DNA of 64,000 nucleotides from Mobula hypostoma (lineage: Eukaryota). Each line of letters opens with the position of its first letter. The first letter of the stretch is position 1. Shown here in pieces: positions 49,874 through 62,667 of the stretch. The notes under the pieces were generated by a model. That model ran no database searches, was not told where the DNA came from, and was given only the letters and a program-made list of their open reading frames with translations. The stretch spans positions 34,908,001 to 34,972,000 of the forward strand of contig NC_086108.1 of the NCBI RefSeq assembly GCF_963921235.1. Reading direction: 5' to 3'. The position numbers were made by a program, and so were the translations under genes.

Positions 49874-50934
49874 ATGACCATGCACTTCTCTACACTATAT
49901 TTCATCTGGCACTTTACCTAGTTCCCAATCTGTCCAAGTCCTTCTGCAGACACCCTGCTTCCTCAACACTACCTGTCCCTCCACCTATCTTCATATCATC
50001 CACAAACTTTGCCACAAAGCCATCAATTTCTTCTTTCATATCATTAACATATGTGAAATGAAGTCATCAGAACATCAACGCCTGCAGCACACCACGACTC
50101 ACTGGCACCCAACCAGCAAAGGCATCCTTTAGTCCAACTCTTTGCCTCCTGCCAGTCAGCCAATCTTCTATTCTGCAATACCATGGGCTCATCTTCTTAA
50201 GCAGTCTTATTGGTGGCACCTTGTCAAAGACCTTCTTAATATCCAAATAACAGCATCCATTGACACTCCTTTGTCTATTCTGACTATTATTTCCTCAAAG
50301 AATTCCAAAAGATTTGTCAGGCAAGATTTCCTCTTAAGAAAACTATGCTGATTTTGGCCTGTTTTGTCAAATGTCTCCAAGTACCCCAAAATGTCATCCT
50401 TAATAATAGAAGGATGTCTCCCTACATACTGGTCTGGAATCCTTCCTTCACGCATGTTACTCCATCTGGCAGTATGTGTACACAGATCATTGAAACTGGC
50501 AGGACAGTGTCATAAAATGCTGAATTTTGTGTGTACATAAATAAAGATATTGGCCTGAGATATTGAGAAAAGTACTGGAGGAAATCATGAGGTCACCAAT
50601 CATAATTGTTCAGTGCTGTGGGATTGGCAGAATAAAGTTAAGCCCAGCAACTACAGGTCAGTTTTATCCCTGGTGGTGTGAAAGCATTTTGAAATATTGA
50701 TCTGGGGCACGAACAATAATCATCAGGGGAAGGACAGATGAATTAAGGCAGCATGGCTTTAAGGGCAACATCAGTAAAGGGCAAACTTAGCCACAATTAT
50801 TCTAAACCCTGGTGCTTCACAAAATTGCATTCTCAGTCACCTACTCTACTCCCTGTACAGTCAAACTGCATGGCCGGATTCTGCTCCAACTCCACCTTGA
50901 GGATAAGTTCTGTGGTAAGCTGCATCTCAAATAA

Positions 50935-51752
50935 CAGTCAATGAATATAAGTACAGGAAGGGCATAGAATGTTTAATGACAGGGTTATGACAACCACCTT
51001 TCTCTCAATGTCAGCAAAAGAATTGGTCAATGAAGTGTGTGTGGGGGGGTGTGCATATGCTGTTGTTTGTCAATAATGGTGTTGAGGTTGGGAGCTTCAA
51101 GTTCCTTGGTGTGAACATTACCAGTAGTCTGTCCTGGTCCAAGTATATTGATGTCACGGCCAAGAAAGCTCACCAATGCGTCTACTTCCTCATGTGACTA
51201 AAGAAATCTGCCATATCCCCATCCACTCTTATCAACTTTTTAAAGCATTATAGTAAGATTTCTGTCGGCATGCAGATCAGTATCAGCTTGGCGTGGCAAT
51301 TGCTCTGCACTTGACCACAAGAAACTGCAGAGCTGTGGACACAGCTCAGCGCATCACAGGGTCCAGTCTCCCCTCAATGGACTCTATGCTTCTTGCTATC
51401 TCAGTGAAGCAGCCAGTATAATCAATGACCTGATTACTCACCCCAGATATTCTCTATTCATCCCTCTTCCATTGGGAAGAAGATACAAAACCCTGGAAGC
51501 ACGTATCACAAGGCTCAAGGACAACTGCAATCCCACTGTTATCAGACTCCTGAATGGACCACTTGAATGTTAAGATGGATCCCTGGCCTCACAATTTTAC
51601 CTTGTTATAATCTTGCATTTTTGGTACCTTTTACACAATGTTCTGCATTGTTATTGTTTTACCTTATTGTAGCTCAATGCACTATGTAATGATTTGATCA
51701 AATATGCAAGACAAGCTTTTCAATCTATCTAGGTGCATGTGACAATAATAAA
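50935..51752 (+). mobile_element. Rex/Babar-like LINE 3' part
   Basis: SFKFLGVNITSSLSWSKYIDVTAKKAHQCVYFL motif (~51093-51191); tail catgtgacaataataaac. Confidence 0.75.
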
Positions 51753-51769
51753 CAATTGCAAAATTAGGT

Positions 51770-52620
51770 TTACCAAATTTGACAGTTCTTTTTTCCAGTT
51801 GAGGTAACAGATGAAAGTTGTCAGAGGTAACGCAATTTATGTGGTGTGCATAGGCTTCCAGAAGACTTTTGTTGAGAGTTTCACCAAACAGGCCTATTAG
51901 TAAACCTTACATAAAAGAGACATCAATAACTTCAAAATAAAGTTGGATAAGAAACAGAAAACAGTAGGGCATGGTGAATGATTGTTTTTCAAACGGGAGG
52001 CAAGTAAACAGTCATATTCCCCAAGGGATTGGACTTAGGACATTGTCTTCTTGACATATTAATCGAGTGCAAGCCATAATTTGTTTTAAGTTAATGGATG
52101 ACACAAACTTGGCACCGTGAGCTGCATAGAATGCTGTAGGATAGGAAATACTCTGGTTGAATTTTCAGTTGCATGGCAGATGAAGTTTAACGCACAGAAA
52201 TAAACCAATATATTTTAACTGGAAAAATGAGTTGCAACATAAAAGGCACTTTTCTAAAAAGGCAGGACCTGACAGTATGTGCACAAATCACTAATAAGGC
52301 ATGCAGAATTCTGAACTTCAGCAAACTCTATAAAAAGGACAATTACGTTTTACCTTTTCAAACAATTGCCTGTCCTCAGGAAAGGTGCATAATGTTCAGT
52401 TCTTTTTAATATATTATTGTAAGGATGTGAAGGCTTTAAAGATGGTGCAGAAAAGTTTTATCAGAATGGTGCTTGGTAAGATAGTACAAGAATAAGCAGA
52501 AACTAATAGATTTTATAAGAGCATATACAATGATAAGAGATCTAGACAGAAAAGATAGTGTCAGGCTGTGCACTTTGGTGGAGGGATTAAGGTCCACAAG
52601 TTATACCAATGTAACATGGC
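51770..52620 (+). mobile_element. Degraded CR1 RT fragment
   Basis: Decayed FF..V, IPQG.GLG, DDT.LG and WQMKFNA.K motifs. Confidence 0.65.
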
Positions 52621-52680
52621 AAATGTTTCAATGGTAAATTCACTTTCATGACAAGACTGAAAAGTTTGTTTAGGTAGCTC

Positions 52681-52686
52681 TTTATT
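52681..52686 (-). terminator. Candidate distal polyadenylation signal of UHMK1
   Basis: tttatt (AATAAA on the minus strand) lies at the boundary between the repeat-poor AT-rich block and repeat-dense intergenic DNA. Confidence 0.55.
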
Positions 52687-55600
52687 GTGACTAAAGCATA
52701 AGGCATTATTTCACCAACAAAAGATATATGTTACAAGACATAGTAGCATGTCTTTTAAGATAGTTAAGTACACAAAGCAGCAGAATAATCAATGTAACAA
52801 CACCAGTGTACATAACCAAACCCTTGCATAAGGTACGTGGATGCAGCACTGTAAAACTGCTTTTCTGGAAGAGGATAGGAATTGATATACTAATTGCATA
52901 TTTGGATGCAGGAACCATCTAGTAATGCTACAAGTTTGGTGGAAAATTCAACAATTTTATCATACAATAAAAACTGTACTGGAAATACAGTGATAAATTT
53001 TGTTTCCTCTTTTTCTGCAATACGGTTGTGCAAATTTCTGTCTGCAACTCAGACAGAAATTTCACATTAATCATTGTGGTTAAAGTAATGCAGATGTGAA
53101 ACAACCCATTGTTTAGAATTAATGGTCTGAAGATAAATCAGAATTATAATCACTCATTTTTTTCCATCTTCTAAAATTTTGTAGCTACAATATCAATAGT
53201 TATTTCATTTTTCCCATGACCAATAGTACTCTGCAAATATATGTAAGTATACAACAGCTCTTAATCTATCAGGCTGGCCTGAATTCTCCCTTGCTTAATA
53301 AACTTCAGTTGGTACTAAACTGGAGTTGCACCCAGATTATTAGCCTGCTCCAAAAGAGTTCATGTACTATTAAGTGCAGTTTCAGTGTTTTAAAATATTC
53401 AGTGGAATAAAATTTGACAATATAACCATGAATACAACACAAGCCAAAAATTTGCAAGTGGAAGAACAATCCCAATATTGCAATATACTGTATATAAAAA
53501 AACTGCCTCCAAATGTGAAAAATGATAAATCAACACTGATCCATTTGTGTCAAATGACTTCAGTCCTGGAAACACAGAATTAACTCAAACATTGGCCTTT
53601 TTGCTAAGGCAGAAATTAGCTTAAAACAGAGTTGACATTTTCTTTGAAAAAAAAATGTTGTCTATGAAAGACGATTATCTGCAGAATAAACTTGCACAAC
53701 CAGCACACCCAATGAACATTCATTCAAACTGCTTGGGAAATTAATCTTTCCAATTGTTTTGATTTGCAATTCCTGTGCATTGTCTTTTACATGACTTCTT
53801 CATTTACTAGTGTGTTTTTCTGCTCTCTGTCTTTAATCCTCTCTCTCTCCCTCCAAAGAAATAACTGCAATAGGTTTCGGTTTCATTGCTTGGCACAAGT
53901 GTTAGAAATAGGCATCTATATGGTACTTAGCATTTTAGTGCAGACATTTTTAATTATCAATCATTATGAAATGCATAAAATGAAAGCTGAAAAATACATT
54001 TCAATGTTGCAGCAATTAATGTATACAAACTGCAGCTCAATCACAATATTATTATACACAGTTGGTTTATGCATTTTATGCATGTTCACAGTAGCATATC
54101 AATATATTAGCAAAAGAAGTATCACGAACAGCAGTATTTTATAATGAAAACAAACTAATGCACCTCCACTTACATTAATTCAGTTAGATGATGCTTCAGT
54201 GCATAATTACATTTATAGGCCCACTTTAAAAAAAACAAAGCACATACAATTCTTGTAATAGTACATAGCCAAGATATATTAAATATTGAGAAAGATCAAT
54301 TTCTTGAACATCTGGCGGTAATGAATGGATTTTCAATTGCAGTTGAACACACAGTGCTTCAGTGTTTTTCACAACAGATACAAACTGACAATATAGATAC
54401 CTGACTCATTTTTTAAAAGCACTGTATTCAATCATTTGTGTTTATAAAGTTTCAGTGTTTAATATTAGACATCCAATATAGCAACCTGGATTAGGGAAAA
54501 ATTATATTTGCTCATTAAAAGTTTGCCAGAAAAAAAACTGGCTTATCTATGCACTAAGAATTTTGTTCATCTTTAAAAACCTAACACAGCAGCAGAGAAA
54601 TAATGGGTGATGGAGTGATCTCAAATCAGAAGTGCATTGAAAGACATCCAAATGCCCAAGTACAGGGCCACATTATGGCTGGTACATTATGTCTTAAAAC
54701 TGCCTGGGGTGTTATGTTTTTGAAGACTAATGAGTTATCCAAACAGCAAACTGTCTGGAATCTGAGATGCAATCAGCCTTCATATAATGTTGCGGCTTCT
54801 ACAGAAACTGCCAAGGATTACGATTGATTGTACAACTTTTAAGGACAGTTAATTTTCACTTTAACATTTTTGGGGATTTAGAGGATAATAATTCAGAAAT
54901 ATAACAACATTGTATATCATACTTCTTCGTGGCAGCACATTAATTTTACAGAAATAAATTTCAAATGATAAACAATCTCTCAGTTAAAAGCAGCTACACC
55001 CAGAATTAACATTTACCAGCATATAAAACTTAGTAATTCCTTGCAAAAATCCAAATTTTCCTGTTTTACAAATGAAACTTATATCACCCTTGTCATAGCA
55101 AGAATCAAACAAATGCAAAGGAGAACCCATGGAAAATTAGAAATGGCACACAAAAAACGCAATAAAAATGCAAGAGGTTACAACTTGCATAAGCCATTCA
55201 GACTGCATTCTGAATATTGTGATCTGAAATGTAAACTGTGAACCTATTGTATTTTTGTAAGTTTTGTTAAAAATCTAAATTAAAATGTTATCTATAACTG
55301 GAGGAACAGCATGTCAGATTGAGGTGAATGATCTGAAGCACTCTTTTGGAATAGCCTTCATTTAATCACAAGATTTTTGAGCATGATTGTACTCCTCTTA
55401 GGAGTGGATATGTTGCAGATGACTGACCCTGAGAAATGCTTTGGGGATGATTCTGTAATATATTTTAAAAATAACTACTGGAATCATTCCAGTTGAGCAA
55501 TTATCAACTATAGAATCTCAATGCATGGCTACGTTTAATCATCAAAACCATAAAATTTATTGAAGATGGCAACAAACTCAAAGAGATAAAACATATCCAA

Positions 55601-58186
55601 AATCAACTGCACAATGTTCTGGTAATCACATCAGTCTTCAGGTATGTAAAAGAAAGGGTATATAAATAAAATTTTTATAAAGGCTTATGCTTTTTGAAGT
55701 GGCCCTATGCACACTGTTCAAAAGTGGAAAGTTTTATCTCTTCCCTTCCCATTTTCTCTTCTATTTCAGTAAAAAAAACTGGGTGCACTGCTACAAGGCA
55801 TCTAGGGAAACACAAATATTCAACCCACCCCAAACAACTGCTATAAGGTGGCATGTTTATTTCTTTTGATTCAAATCTTTAGCACGGGGGACACAGAGAT
55901 CAAGGGAAAAGTGTGTATGATCTGTGCAGTGTCAGATTATTCACTACTTTCAGTAAATAAACAAACTGCTGCTAGACAAATCATACAGGTCTAATACATG
56001 CATTCTTAAAAATTAATCCGAACAATGTTAACTTTCAACAAGTTACCTTACTTGAGAATTTCATATACAAATCTGGCTGTATATTATTTCGTGAAACAAA
56101 TTGTGATGTAACATTAGTATGCCGATAATGAAGAGAAGCTTTGCCTTTCTATCTCTCGTTTAATCTCACTTAGATGCTGCAGTTCCTAAAAACAGAATCC
56201 AGAATACACCATGTTTACCTCCCAAGATTTTGGTGCAAAAGTAACTGGGATTGTTGCATACTTAAATGGAATATTTTACTGTCTTGTGGGTGAGTTGCCA
56301 GATAAAGAACCCTGACTCACAATTCAGTAAATGGTAAGTCACATTGCATTCAAGCCCATGCTATGTATGGTTTTTAATTTGCAAACATGACTCAGGACTG
56401 ATCCAAGAATGTAACCAGAATTAACTGAACTCTTAAAGCATCCAGTAGTGAAAAAAACCAGCAGGTTTCTTGTGTTATCATTTAAATCCCATGAATCAAC
56501 ATCATAGGTTTGCATAAACACACTGAAAAAATCTTTGGCCATTTAAAAATATGTATTATTTTGCTCCATCTGGACAGAAATTTATAAGACAAATTAATAT
56601 GGCCAGAGCTCCAAAACGAGCAGTGCTAAATCCAGTTAATTATATCTACTGCAGCTCTTTCAGCCTTATTCAGCAACAAATTAAACCTACTCTGTTAAAG
56701 TTCTTGTGTCCTGGAGAACTTACTTCAGGACTTACAAGGCCCTTCAAAAGGAGTTGTGATTTTTTTCAAATTTCAAAACAAGTTTTTCACATTGCAAAGA
56801 TGTATGTTTTTGAAATCTCATAACCCCTTGGATTTTCTATGAAAAAATCTTCTATGTATAGTCTAAAACTTTACAATTGTTTAGAATAGATTGGAGCACA
56901 CTGAAACATGCCATTGCGGTTTCATTGTTTCTAACTTCAGCATTGTGCTAATGAGAACTGTAGAATTACATGTTTAAATATTAGTACTTACTAATTTGAT
57001 TAATTGCTTCCAAACATACTGAAAATCTGTTCTTTTTCGGCAGTGTGTAGCTAGATTTAATGGCTTCAAAAAATCTTATGGCAGAAATCATATCAAGATT
57101 TGAACTAGCACAAATGACCAAATCAGAGAGTATGAACTAATATCATAAGCCAGGGAGAGTCCAGGTACATTGAAACTTAAGCGTGCACCTGGTAAGTACA
57201 TTTCATATTCAACTGCTGAACTGTTTTACTCATCTGTGTGTGAGAACCGATTTCAAGTACCTATGCATTTACTTGACCAAATCCGCAAAATATACATCCA
57301 AAATTTAGGAAACCACCTTAAGAAAAATGTAATCCAAGAACCAGCACTGCATCGGAATTGAATTGGAATGTTAATATCTAGTTCAACAGAATTATTCAGA
57401 TTCACTTGTTTTAAATTGGAACTGTCTCAGCCACTGGTAATATAATATTAACATAAGCAAATAACAAGATCAAAATGTACTGTATAACACAATCCATGAG
57501 GATACAAATATCCCTAGATGAATTCTCATTTCCCTACAAATATTTTAATACTTTGATAATCACAGAATATTTAAATCAGAAATCTATTAATACTAATCAA
57601 ATAAAACACTAACTTAGGAGATATGCACTTTGTCTATACCAATGGCTGGTTTCTGAGTGTAGATAATAAATGTTCTAAATAAATATCAGTAACAGTAAAG
57701 CAAGAAATAGTCTTGAAGTGCATTATTTAATTAAAATGAGTTGGAAGACACAAGCTCACTTTTGTGAATAAACACAAGAGCTGAGTAATGGTTTAGCGTA
57801 TTCTTGTGTATAGAAAATTATGGGTAAGTGTGATACGTAGGGACAGAATTTGCAGCCACATAGGAATCTGATAGCAGAAGGATGCAGTTGTGAGGCATTC
57901 CTAATTGTTGGGAGTATTTGTGTTGTTTTTTTTTACTTTGGCATAATTTGATAAGTAAACATTTTAAAATGGTTTACTTTGCTATAAAACATCTGAACTA
58001 AATGTTAGAAATACCTTTTCACAAATTGCTAAATTTAAGTTCACTGTTTTGATTCTAAATTTCTTGAGTTTAAGTCCACAGATAAATTGCTAGAGTTCAT
58101 TTGTTTTGTGGCTTAAGATTGCAGAGTACAGCTAAGTGACAGAAAGACATATCAATTTTTAAAACACTTTTATAATTGCCTTATAT

Positions 58187-58266
58187 TATAGGTTCCCAAC
58201 CTGAGGTCCACGGAGCCCCTGCTTAATAGGATTGGTCCATGGAATAAAAACGGTTGGGAACCTCAG
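58187..58266. mobile_element. hAT MITE, second copy of the 3177 family
   Basis: ggttcccaacctgaggtccacggag...ggtccatggaataaaaacggttgggaacc; degenerate 8-bp TSD ccttatat / ccttaaac. Confidence 0.82.
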
Positions 58267-60029
58267 CCTTAAACGCACCTGAGCAAATGCCTGAAAGAAA
58301 CAACCTCAACCGTGCATAACCATACTGCAACAATCCAACAGAGTTCTTTTTGAGACTGAATAGTTCATGTGTCTTCATAAACTGGTTCAATATTCTTGTT
58401 CTGCATTTTCTCCATTTCAGCAAGCTGTCTTTGGTTATTAGCTAGAATTGATCAACTTCATGAAATATCCTGCACCTTTACAATTCTAATATTGTAGGAA
58501 TAAGTGCAATGAACTAGAACACATAACCACAATAATATTTTAACTGCTAAGGACCTGATACTAGCGCTGTGAATACTGTCAATTCCAAATGTAATCTACA
58601 TTTAGGTGAGATGTTTTCCAAATCAACTGATGGGGGTCCCTGTAAAGGACTACATGGAAATATTTTTCCTAAAATATGTATTTAATATTGCCACAGTAAA
58701 ATGCTAGGTACATGGAAAACTACGCAACAGTGATGCAATCCAGATTAATTGAATCTTTTGGTTAGGGTAAGATTACTTTTGGTTTTTGTTTGGAGTATAT
58801 ATTAAATTTTACTGGAAAGTCAACATTTAAATTGCACTCACCGGATTATAACATATGTGCAAACTCACTTGAACCACTGTTATGAAATTCATCTAAAAGT
58901 ACTTATTAAAATCATTTAATTTTAGCAGTATCTTTTAAAATGTTTAGACTCCCAAAGTGATTTGAACAATTACTGCCAGTCTACTTAGTCATTTAGTCTA
59001 ACAATGATTGCACAGTTTCACTATTTTAGAATTACTATTTTATTGTGTGGGTTGTCAATTTGCTGAAAAACTAAGTGTAGCCAGCAGTCTGATATTTTCC
59101 TCAGCCTTTATACCAAATTACATGGAATTAATTATCTGCATGCTTATTATTTCTGATCAGATTTGCTCAAGTATTAGAACACTTGTCATTCATTATGTCT
59201 TTGTGTGCCACTGTGGTCAAAAAGTTCAAATCCAGGCTACACAATAGCCAAGCCACCCCCATGCAAGGAAAACAATATAAAAAAATAACCTTAATGCAAT
59301 CTCTAAAGCTGAGAAAGGATACAAGGAGCTTTCTTGTGTTTCTCCCCTAATATAAATAAATCTGCAACACACCACACATGTATACACACCATTCAAGCAG
59401 CTGTATACTAAGGCCAAAAAAAGCACTATTAAGGAATTCTAGGAGTTGTGCTCAAATATGTGTACCACTTGCCCACAATAAAAATCCATTGTTTAATGTA
59501 TGTCTATTTATGCAAATACACTCACTAAAATCCTTCAAGATATCACAAATATTCTCCATCTGATGTACCCATAGTAGCTATAGTTAAATGCTTGCAACAG
59601 GATCCTTATGGCATCACTAACATAGATTCAATCTATTTTACTTTTTATTCCATCATTTACAAAAAAGTGTTCTTTGATTTATTCAGATTAAGATATAGTA
59701 ATCTATAATAGGCTTCATCAGCATGCTCCCCATTATCAAATGCATTCTTGTTACCTCTGCCAGCAAAACTGTTAAATTAGCATTTTATAAACCAAATGCA
59801 GTGGCTATAATTTCTAGTAATAAAATAGATTTTGTTAATAACTTGCTGGCAGTTTTAAGTGCATTAATACCTAAGTTTGTAAACCTTTTTCTAAACCAGC
59901 TGCTTAAATCAATGCTATCTTACACATAAAATGAATCAGAGCAAAACATTTAACCTTTATACTGTTGTACTGAGGAATTTTTCAAAAGGGACCTGGGTGA
60001 TTGTAAAAGGTTGCATGCCCAGTTGAAAC

Positions 60030-60185
60030 TTAAGTATCAGTAACTACTGTATGATACAGATATCCCCTCTTATAGGCACACAGAGGGTAGAACGTAGCCA
60101 CAACAAACTTGCCATCGAACATTCTTCCAGTCAGCATCTGCTGAGCTATTTTGCAGTCACCAGCGCTTCTGAATTCAACAAAAAC
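60030..60185 (-). CDS. UHMK1: UHMK1 (KIS kinase) last coding exon, C-terminal part of the UHM/RRM domain
   Basis: Minus-strand acceptor ttctttctttttaaaactAG, then VFVEFRSAGDCKIAQQMLTGRMFDGKFVVATFYPLCAYKRGYLYHTVVTDT* (52 codons including TAA), matching the UHMK1 C-terminus LTGRMFDGKFVVATFYPLSAYKRGYLY. Confidence 0.95.
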   Translation of the reverse strand, partial: VFVEFRSAGDCKIAQQMLTGRMFDGKFVVATFYPLCAYKRGYLYHTVVTDT

Positions 60186-60679
60186 CTAGTTTTAAAAAGA
60201 AAGAATTAGTGTTGCACACCTTTTGTTTCTGTAAACCATTTGGTCATCTTGCAATAGCTACATTGTCAATTGTTGCTGAGGAAATTACATCGGAATTGGA
60301 CCGTCATCAAAAGGGTAGCACCTTTGGCAGTTTTGTACTAACTCTGTTCTGCACTGAGGTTTAATCTTGTGCTCTATTCTCCAGAGAGGGGCTTGACACT
60401 TAAATCAGAATGTTGTGAGTTCATGCCAATTTAGTCAGAGTTGATAGCCAAAGTATAACTTAACTATCATAAAATGTGGTACTTTTCTAGGCTGAGTCCA
60501 ATCCAGAACCAGTGATGCGGAAGTCTGAATATCCTCCTGTTGAATGAATTGTCTCCACTTGGTGCAGATTGGACAAAATACCCAACTTGAATCAAAATTT
60601 CTCAAAATAGCTAGACAGCGGAGGCAGCAAAAGAATTAAGTCCCAAGATATTTCCTCATTCCCAAGTTATATCAAATCC

Positions 60680-60960
60680 ATGCACTTAAGGTGAGAAGGA
60701 GTAAGTTTTTTTTTACACATAGAGAGTGATGGATGCCTGGAATGCACTTCATGGAGTGGTGGTGGAGGCAAAAGCAATCAAGGTGTTTACGAAGTGCTTA
60801 GATAAGGTACATGAATGTACACAAAATGGAAGGATATGCTGAATGTGTAGGCAGAAAGGCTTAGTTTAGTTGAGCATTTGATTATACTTCAGTTTGGTAC
60901 AACATTACTAGATGTGGGTGGGGCCTGTTCCAGAGCTGCACTGTTCTTCATGTTCTATCC
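60680..60960 (+). mobile_element. CR1 3' end in the UHMK1 intron
   Basis: FFTHR.MDAWNAL-like motif and tail ctgttcttcatgttctat. Confidence 0.7.
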
Positions 60961-61059
60961 TCCAATTAACAGGAAGACAAAATAAGCTGCGAGAGTGAAC
61001 TATAAGCTATTGGAGCAGACAAGTAGCATAAAGAGGTGAGGGCATCTTGTCTCAATTCT

Positions 61060-61225
61060 CTTCCTCGCCTCTTTCTTTGTGGCTATATCCCTTTACGATC
61101 TCAGTTCTGATGCATGGCTTTGATCCAAAACATCAACTATCCCTTTGCCTCCACAAATGCTGCCTGACCAGCAGCTTGCTTTTCACTCCAAGTCCCAGAT
61201 TCTGCAGTCTCATGTGCCTCTAAGT
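61060..61225 (+). mobile_element. Degraded Penelope-like terminal fragment
   Basis: cagttctgatgcatgg...aaacatcaact...atgctgcctgacc...tctgcagtctcatgtg. Confidence 0.55.
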
Positions 61226-61498
61226 CTGCTAGACTTGGGTAAGTTCACAGCAAGTGGAAACTTTTTCCATTTCCTGAGGAAAGATCTTTGCATTCATCCA
61301 TACCCTACCCCTGCTGCTACAATAATCGTTTATAGCCACATGGGTTATATCAAGCTCCAGGTCGCACTGTCATGGATGTGCCCTGTACAGAAGTGATCTG
61401 TGAGCAGTGACTAAGCTTCAAGCAGCTAGACCACCCAGATGTCCTTTTGTCAGTTGGCTGAGGTACTTAAAAACAGCTAATGACAAAAATAATTAAAG

Positions 61499-62331
61499 TA
61501 AGACCATAAGACAAAGCAGCAGAAGTAGGCCATTCGGCCCATCGAGTCTGCTCCGCCATTTTATCATGAGCTGATCCATTTTACCCTACTTAGTCCCACT
61601 GCCCCGCCTTCTCACCATAACCTTTGATGCCCTGGCTACGCAGATACCTATCAATCTCTGCCTTAAATTCACCCAATGACTTGGCCTCCACTGCTGCCCG
61701 TGGCAACAAATTAAATAGATTCACCACCCTCTGACTAAAAAAATTTCTTCGCATTTCTGTTCTGAAAGGGCGCCCTTCAATCCTGAAGACATGCCCTCTC
61801 GTACTAGACTCCCCCATCATGGGAAACAACTTTGCCACATCCACTCTGTCCATGCCTTTTAACATTCGAAATGTTTCTGAGGTCTCCCCTCATTCTTCTA
61901 AACTCCAAGGAATACAGTCCAAGAGCAGACAAACGTTCCTCATATGTTAACCCTTTCATTCCCGGAATCATTCTAGTGAATCTTCTCTGTACCCTCTCCA
62001 ACGTCAGCACATCCTTTCTTAAATAAGGAGACCAAAACTGCCCACAGTACTCCAAGTGAGGTCTCACCAGCGCCTTATAGAGCCTCAACATCACATCCCT
62101 GCTCCTATACTCTATTCCTCTAGAAATGAATGCCAACATTGCATTCGCCTTCTTCACTACTGACTCAGCCTGGAGGTTAACTTTAAGGGAATCCTGTACG
62201 AGGACTCCCAAGTCCCGTTGCATCTCAGAACTTTGAATTCTTTCCCCATTTAAATAATAGTCTGCCCGTTTATTTTTTCTGCCAAAGTGCATAACCATAC
62301 ACTTTCCAACATTGTACTTCATTTGCCACAA
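61499..62331 (-). mobile_element. Well-preserved 5'-truncated CR1 in the UHMK1 intron
   Basis: WQMKYNVGKCMVMHFGRKN...LVRPHLEYCGQFWSPYLRKD...LERVQRRFTRMIPG; one frameshift near 61875; taagaccataagac tail. Confidence 0.93.
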
Positions 62332-62667
62332 TTATTAAATAATAAAACTATCTAAAACACATTTGAGTGATATAAATTAATTTAAAACATGATGCAAAAA
62401 AAAGAAAGATACCACACTGAGAGGAGCTGAGTCACATACAGTATGTAAATTCTGTTGAAATAATGTTGAGCAACTGCACACTATGTCACTGCAGAGGACA
62501 TTGGAGCTGCACTCACTGGGAACTCAGGCGTGCTGGCACCTGACCTTCAGGAGTACCTCACTAATAAATCTCTACCAAACTATCAGAAAAGTATAAGAAC
62601 GGTTTATCCCATTTTCATTTTCTACCTTTCAAAGTCCTCAAAATAATTGACACTCACATTATAAATA

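Larger units (their letters stand above)
47749..50410 (-). mobile_element. CR1 LINE split into three pieces by two solo LTRs
   Basis: Tail ccataagacatagg; CR1 sequence reads continuously across both insertions; NQHSFLKRKSCLTNLLEFFEE motif. Confidence 0.88.
52665..60029 (-). other. UHMK1: Probable long 3' UTR of UHMK1 (~7.3 kb)
   Basis: Directly follows the stop codon; AT-rich and almost free of recognisable transposons; ends near an AATAAA. Confidence 0.55.

Noticed and set aside
52706..59929. Many 60-126 aa ORFs
   Set aside because: AT-rich chance frames in a probable 3' UTR; no recognisable domains.
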